Source: Eledone cirrhosa
Lineage: Eukaryota
NCBI GenBank assembly: GCA_964016885.1
Contig: OZ024750.1
Location: forward strand, 8,122,001 to 8,186,000
Length of the DNA stretch: 64,000 bases
Direction of reading: 5' to 3'
Part shown: positions 57,710 to 64,000 of the stretch, one piece after another
How positions within the stretch are numbered: the stretch's first letter is position 1
Layout: each line of letters opens with the position of its first letter
Position numbers and translations under genes: made by a program
The notes under the pieces: generated by a model
Told to the model about the DNA's origin: nothing
The model's input: only the letters and a program-made list of their open reading frames with translations
Databases searched by the model: none

Positions 57710-57864
57710 CTTTTCAAGAAACAGTAAGTAATGCTGTACTTCAGGTTCACTCTCCAGAAGATAGTTTCATCGGATTAATGGCAATGGGACGCATTGTCGT
57801 CATCAACAAAAGCAATCGCCTCGAAGCAGCGTCTCTGGAAGGTCTTGTTGCAGAACTCATTGAG
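57710..57864 (+). CDS. Internal coding exon C (155 nt, phase 1/0), start of REM-like motif
   Basis: Acceptor atatttCAG|CT. Split codon C|CT (Pro), then FQETVSNAVLQVHSPEDSFIGLMAMGRIVVINKSNRLEAASLEGLVAELIE. Donor GAG|GTTAGG. ASLEGLVAEL resembles REM 'GTLEKLVEHL'. Confidence 0.85.
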
Positions 57865-57907
57865 GTTAGGAAATTAGATGAAATCTTTATTATATTGTTT
57901 GTTTTAA

Positions 57908-58133
57908 GGTGGTGGATTAGCAGAATCGGTAGAGCATCGGACAAAATGCTTAGCGGCATAGAGTTACGGCCTTTTACGTTTTCAGTTCAAATCCTACCGA
58001 AGTTAGCTTTTCATTTCATCCTTACAGAATTGATCAGATAAGATAAAGTACCAGTAATACACTGGGGTCGATTTAATCGACTTTCCCCTCTCCCCAAATA
58101 TTGCTGGCCTTGTGCCTATAGTAGAAATCATTA
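57908..58133 (+). mobile_element. S1 SINE (long variant), 43 bp downstream of exon C
   Basis: Consensus match with the ggggtcgatttaatcgac insert. Confidence 0.88.
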
Positions 58134-59006
58134 CATTGTTTGTTTTGATTTTCAAAAACATCAAACAGGGATTTTCACCTATGTCAAAATAGTAAAGCAA
58201 TTTCGTTTGGTGACCTGCACTTGAGTAAATTATATGTAGAAAATACAATATCTATAAATATTAAATTGAATAAATCTATACCCCAGGATGATTGTAATTA
58301 ACTATACTGTATATATTTATAGTCCATATAATCTATAGCATTTAGCTAGTGGGTATATTTACCAATACATCTGTTCATTGAGAATATAGTCCATATATTA
58401 TATACTATTTAACTAGTGGATATATTTACCAATTAATTTGTTCATATCTTAAACGCTATTTAGCTAGTGAGGATATTATGTATTATTTAACTAGTGGGTA
58501 TATTTACCAATACATTTGTTTATTGGGAATATGAGAGCAAATCATTAGAATAGATTCTCTGTATTATCAGTAAATGAAATCAGCTTATGGTCAGAATTAT
58601 ATCTTTGATTTTATAAATCATAGCCACGCTTACATCAAAATATGTCGAGACATTTTGTCGACAGTTGCTAATGGTTTGGACTAAGTTCAATAATTATTTG
58701 GATAGCAATTATAATAAAGGTTCAAGGCAAAACTATAAATAAAATGAAAATCAGTCTAATAGAGAATATTGTGTGCATGAAATAGCTGCCTTACAACATT
58801 TACCAGCTCTGTTCAAATGCTAGCAACACTAATAAAATAAAAACCAGTTATATACTGCCAGAATTCAAACTATTCTCCCCTCACTCCATAACTATTAACT
58901 TTGTGGGGAATTAATATTTTATAATGTTGATTATTTCATCTTTCATTGGATTATATCTTCATATTTTTCTATTTTCATCTTTCATTTTTTTATCTTTTTG
59001 TTCTAG

Positions 59007-60617
59007 GAAGCTGTAAAAGAAGAAAATGAGTGTATGCAGCCTCCAGCAATTCATCTCTCCAGTTCAGTTCAAAGCTTGTGTGATGTTATTGAACCAGCTG
59101 TTGATTCATCCTCACCTTACAAAGTCTCTCCACTTATTTCTCCAGCAAGTTCCGTGTCTTTTCTTGCAGATAATAATACAAAAACATTCCGGGAATTTTT
59201 ACTCAGTGCTCTCCCAATGCTTGTCCATCCAGTTATCATATTACGCCTTTTAGCTCATAAACTATTTGGAAATATGGTGAAACGAAAAACCCTTTCATCA
59301 GATTGTAAATTAAAGCCACCGAAAGTTCTCCCAATGGAAATTTGCCCACCAAGAGACAACTTAAGAGAAAATATTGGAGAGACAAATGGAGATGGTAACA
59401 AAGAATCTTTGCCAAAACGGCGGAAGATTAATCTTCATGTACAAATAACAAATTCACAAGAAGAGAACAACATCGCCAATAACTCACTCAAGGTATGTGA
59501 AAGGGACTTAGCACGACCAAATACATTGCAAATAAAAAATGGTACAACCAAGTCTGCCTTGAGAGTGATTAGCGAGAGTTTGGTCACTCCTTTGGATCTG
59601 AATATAACTGCCTCTCCATGTAGTTTAGATAGCAATCATGGCACTCCCGATGGTGACGCGTCAAAGACCTCCAGAAAGCTATTTCGTTGGCCGAGTAAAA
59701 AACGTCTTTCAAAATCAAATGTTAATGTTTCAGTGACTCACAGAGATAGTGTGTGTAGTCAATTAAGCCAAGTTAGTTCTAAACCATCTTCAATTTCTTC
59801 CACACCAGATATAGATATTGCTGCATTCCAACGAGAGCTTATCAACTTACCTACATTTGTAATGGATACTGCAATGTCAGATATTTCCCCAGTGTTTTCT
59901 CGATCAAGTTCTGTCCCCGAAAATCTCTCATGCCGTGTAGTTAGCAGCTCATCAGTAGAAGACACTCTGTATTCAATTACTACTGATAATTTTGCTTCGG
60001 ATAATGCTTTATGTAACAAAGCCATTTTACCCAGTGGCCAAATGCTTGATTCACTTTGTAAATCTACTTCAGCTGTGACCATAACTGCAACAAATATGGG
60101 ATCCGGTATGATAACAAATACAGATGAAGACTTTGCAGACACGTCCCTTACAAATATTGTAGTTCGATTCGAGCCTCCATCATCACCCTTGGGTTCAAGT
60201 TCAAGCCAAAGTCCCCATACATTTTGTGACTTATTTACTCCTAGAAATTCCGTTGCAAATAGGGATGAAAAAGTGAATTTACCAAACCAGATGACCACGG
60301 ATACTAATTCAGCAGTAATCGAGAAATTCATTGGTCAGTCAAGTAACAGTCCTGAATCAGATATCATTCCATCTTTCATGAATATCAACGGCAATATACA
60401 GATGTCTACACCTATGAGAAATTTATTAAATGAAATTCCTTATGATCATCGAGGTGTTCTGAAAGTCATGAACACTTGGGTTAGCGTGTGCAAGACTGAT
60501 CTTGAGAGTGGTTCTCTTGTGATCCACGAAATGCGCGATTTTCTTAATAAGCTGTCAGTGTTAGGACATGATTACAAAGCATGGTGCCATCAAATAAGCA
60601 ATTTACTACAACTTGAG
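59007..60617 (+). CDS. Internal coding exon D (1611 nt, 537 codons, phase 0/0), REM-like helices with a long Ser/Thr-rich insert
   Basis: Acceptor tttttgttctAG|GAA, 537 open codons, donor GAG|GTAAGA. FREFLLSALPMLVHPVIILRLL and RGVLKVMNTWVSVCKTDL match REM helices (FLLTYRSFxxPxELLxLL; RVLNVLRxWVxxxxxDF). A CDC25 GEF domain is expected downstream. A PLC-epsilon-like or other RasGEF identity is a guess only. Confidence 0.92.
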
Positions 60618-61924
60618 GTAAGATCTTTCATCAATTTTTAAACATTCTATTTTAGTTTTATTTTCAGAAATCCGTCATGTTTTTTGAAACACTACATATG
60701 TCACATATATCTATATATCTAATTACAGCTAAACTTTTCTTCATTTTCTACCATTTTCTACCATTTTTTATTACAGTTGATATCATATTAAATACTACCA
60801 TTCACCATTAGGTCATATGAACTACAACAAAAGCTTTGTATTTCTAGGCAATCACAGGACTTGTTAGAAATAGCAGTCATGTATCCCTCATATGACACTC
60901 TGCTATTTAATTTTTTTTTTAAAGAAACATTAATACACCAAAAAATACCGGATGCTTAAGGCTGGGGGACCTTTAATGGAAGGTGTGATTAATCATGTCA
61001 TGACCAGCTTGGGACTATCAACGACAATCATATAGCAGTGTTTCTGAGGCTCATTAGGTTAGAAGAGTTTATCCTATATCAATTTACATGAATAGATATA
61101 TTTTAAAGATGGTAATTGTGAAGGTGGAAAATGTCAGATTCATGCTTTTCCAAAGTAAATTAGTGGTGTAAGTAAAATGAAAGACTTTCAACGGAACACA
61201 TAAATATTCAGCTGATGAAGCTGACTTGATAAAATGTTAGCAGTTATTCGTTGGTCTAAAACTTGGAAAGTCTACAGTAATTTGCCTAGCAGATTATTAT
61301 CGTTTACTGAAGTCAGCTTAGAAAATACTGTAAGATGTTTAATTAAAAAGATGCAAACAGAGCCAACTAGAGAAACCCCAAATATATACTTCCATATCTG
61401 TCTCTTCTATTTAATTCAGAGTAAAACACCCTATTAAATCAGTAGAACAGATCAATAATCTAGTACAGCATACGTTGGAAGAGACATTTTCGGCAACATA
61501 TAATCGAATCGTGCTCATACATAAGAAAACTATATTCAAAGAATATCCTAGTCTTTCAAGTACCAGATATTTACACATAATACTCCATTGAAATTTAGTT
61601 GTAAATGTTCTAGCTTTGGAATTTTCTGTCTCACACTCGTTTGTCTAAGTGGCGCCTGAAGTGTCATTGATTTGCATCAGCTTGTCATGGGTTAGTGGGT
61701 TGTTTAACTAAATATTCTCAGCACTAAACAAAATTACTGATGTTTTTGACTTGGGGAATAATACTGATATATGTATGTTTACATAATTATAGAACAAACT
61801 AAGATATCAATATAGGTGAAAACAATTGTGAACGTGATTGGACACAACCGTAAGATTAATGCTTCTAGATCATAATACATTTCCAATTTAACATTATAGC
61901 TTATGTACATACGTAGGTATAATG

Positions 61925-62932
<1,008 letters not shown>

Positions 62933-63133
62933 GCAGAGGTTATATTTAATTTGTTGGGATTCAACAACCTTAACAATTTTTTATAACTGATATAAAGCAC
63001 TCAGCAATGAGATGTATCTATGTATGTGGATGTGTGTGCACACATATACAGGTATATATGTATAATATATATATATATCCACACACACTGAGATGTATCT
63101 ATGTATGTGGATGTGCGTTCACACATATACAGG

Positions 63134-63199
<66 letters not shown>

Positions 63200-63915
63200 G
63201 TGTGTGTGTGTTTGTAGTGCCATCTTCAACTCAAATCTGACCGAAACCCCTTTCTTGTCGTAGCCAGACATTTTAATTTTCTACCATGGGCTCTTAGATG
63301 ACTACTGAACCCTATCATTGTCTTGAATATTTCTTGGTATGAGTGCCATGGAATTTTGACCACATACACCAACAGTGACTGCATCATTGTGAAATCAACT
63401 AACATGAATTTTCATATAGAAGTTTATACTTTTTGACATGGAAAACAGCACTGCTGAATCGCTCATGGAAAGCTGTGCAACTGAAAGTCTTGTATTATTC
63501 TTTTCTCGTGTATTTTCTCATGAGATCTGATGATAGAAGTTCCCAATGTTTTTGGCATTATCTAGCAGACACCGTTTTTAACAAATAACGAATTTTTTCT
63601 GTATTAATTTGATCGAGAGAATGCCATAAATTAGTTATATAGGTCGATACATTTCTAGATATGTAGACAGACAGATGCATAGTAAAGCTAGATGTTTCTA
63701 TCAGCACAACCCCATTAGTGAGTTCAGTTTACAGTTATGATAACAAATACATACCAAACTGGTACCTGAAACCTTAGGCATGAAGTTACTCTACATATTC
63801 CCAAATATATATACGTTGACTATTTCTTAGATACAAATATAATAAGCTTCAGACAAAATAGTATATATGTAAAGTAACCACACACACACATACACACAAA
63901 TACGCACACTCACCT

Positions 63916-63951
<36 letters not shown>

Positions 63952-64000
63952 ATTATATTGTGTATAAGGAATTAATTGATTATTTGTCTGTAAAAGTTGC

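Noticed and set aside
59759-60331. 190-aa minus-strand ORF
   Set aside because: Antisense shadow of coding exon D.
61212-61345. CUGAUGA followed by agctgactt/aagtcagct stem and GAAA
   Set aside because: The register before GAAA is off and stems I and III do not close; single copy.

Overview
This is AT-rich eukaryotic genomic DNA dense in microsatellites and SINEs. The repeat landscape looks like an octopod cephalopod (inference). It contains four phase-compatible internal coding exons of one + strand gene: 22620-23318, 51096-51342, 57710-57864 and 59007-60617. They encode armadillo-like helical repeats followed by a RasGEF N-terminal (REM)-like domain split by long Ser/Thr-rich inserts; the start and stop lie outside what I can see. 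Nearly all other track ORFs are microsatellite artefacts. Introns and flanks hold ~25 copies of a tRNA-derived SINE (several with clear TSDs), a second SINE family, non-autonomous RTE-like elements, decayed CR1-like and R4/Dong-like LINEs, and hAT-, piggyBac- and Tc1/mariner-like MITEs. The most interesting signal is several families of short, mostly (TA)n-anchored tandem or fold-back elements carrying minimal type I hammerhead ribozyme motifs. Five family A motifs have the full CUGANGA/GAAA core, with stem I covariation between subfamilies. One pair sits 208 nt apart in tandem, which is retrozyme-like. These elements resemble Penelope-like pseudo-LTRs or non-LTR retrozymes.
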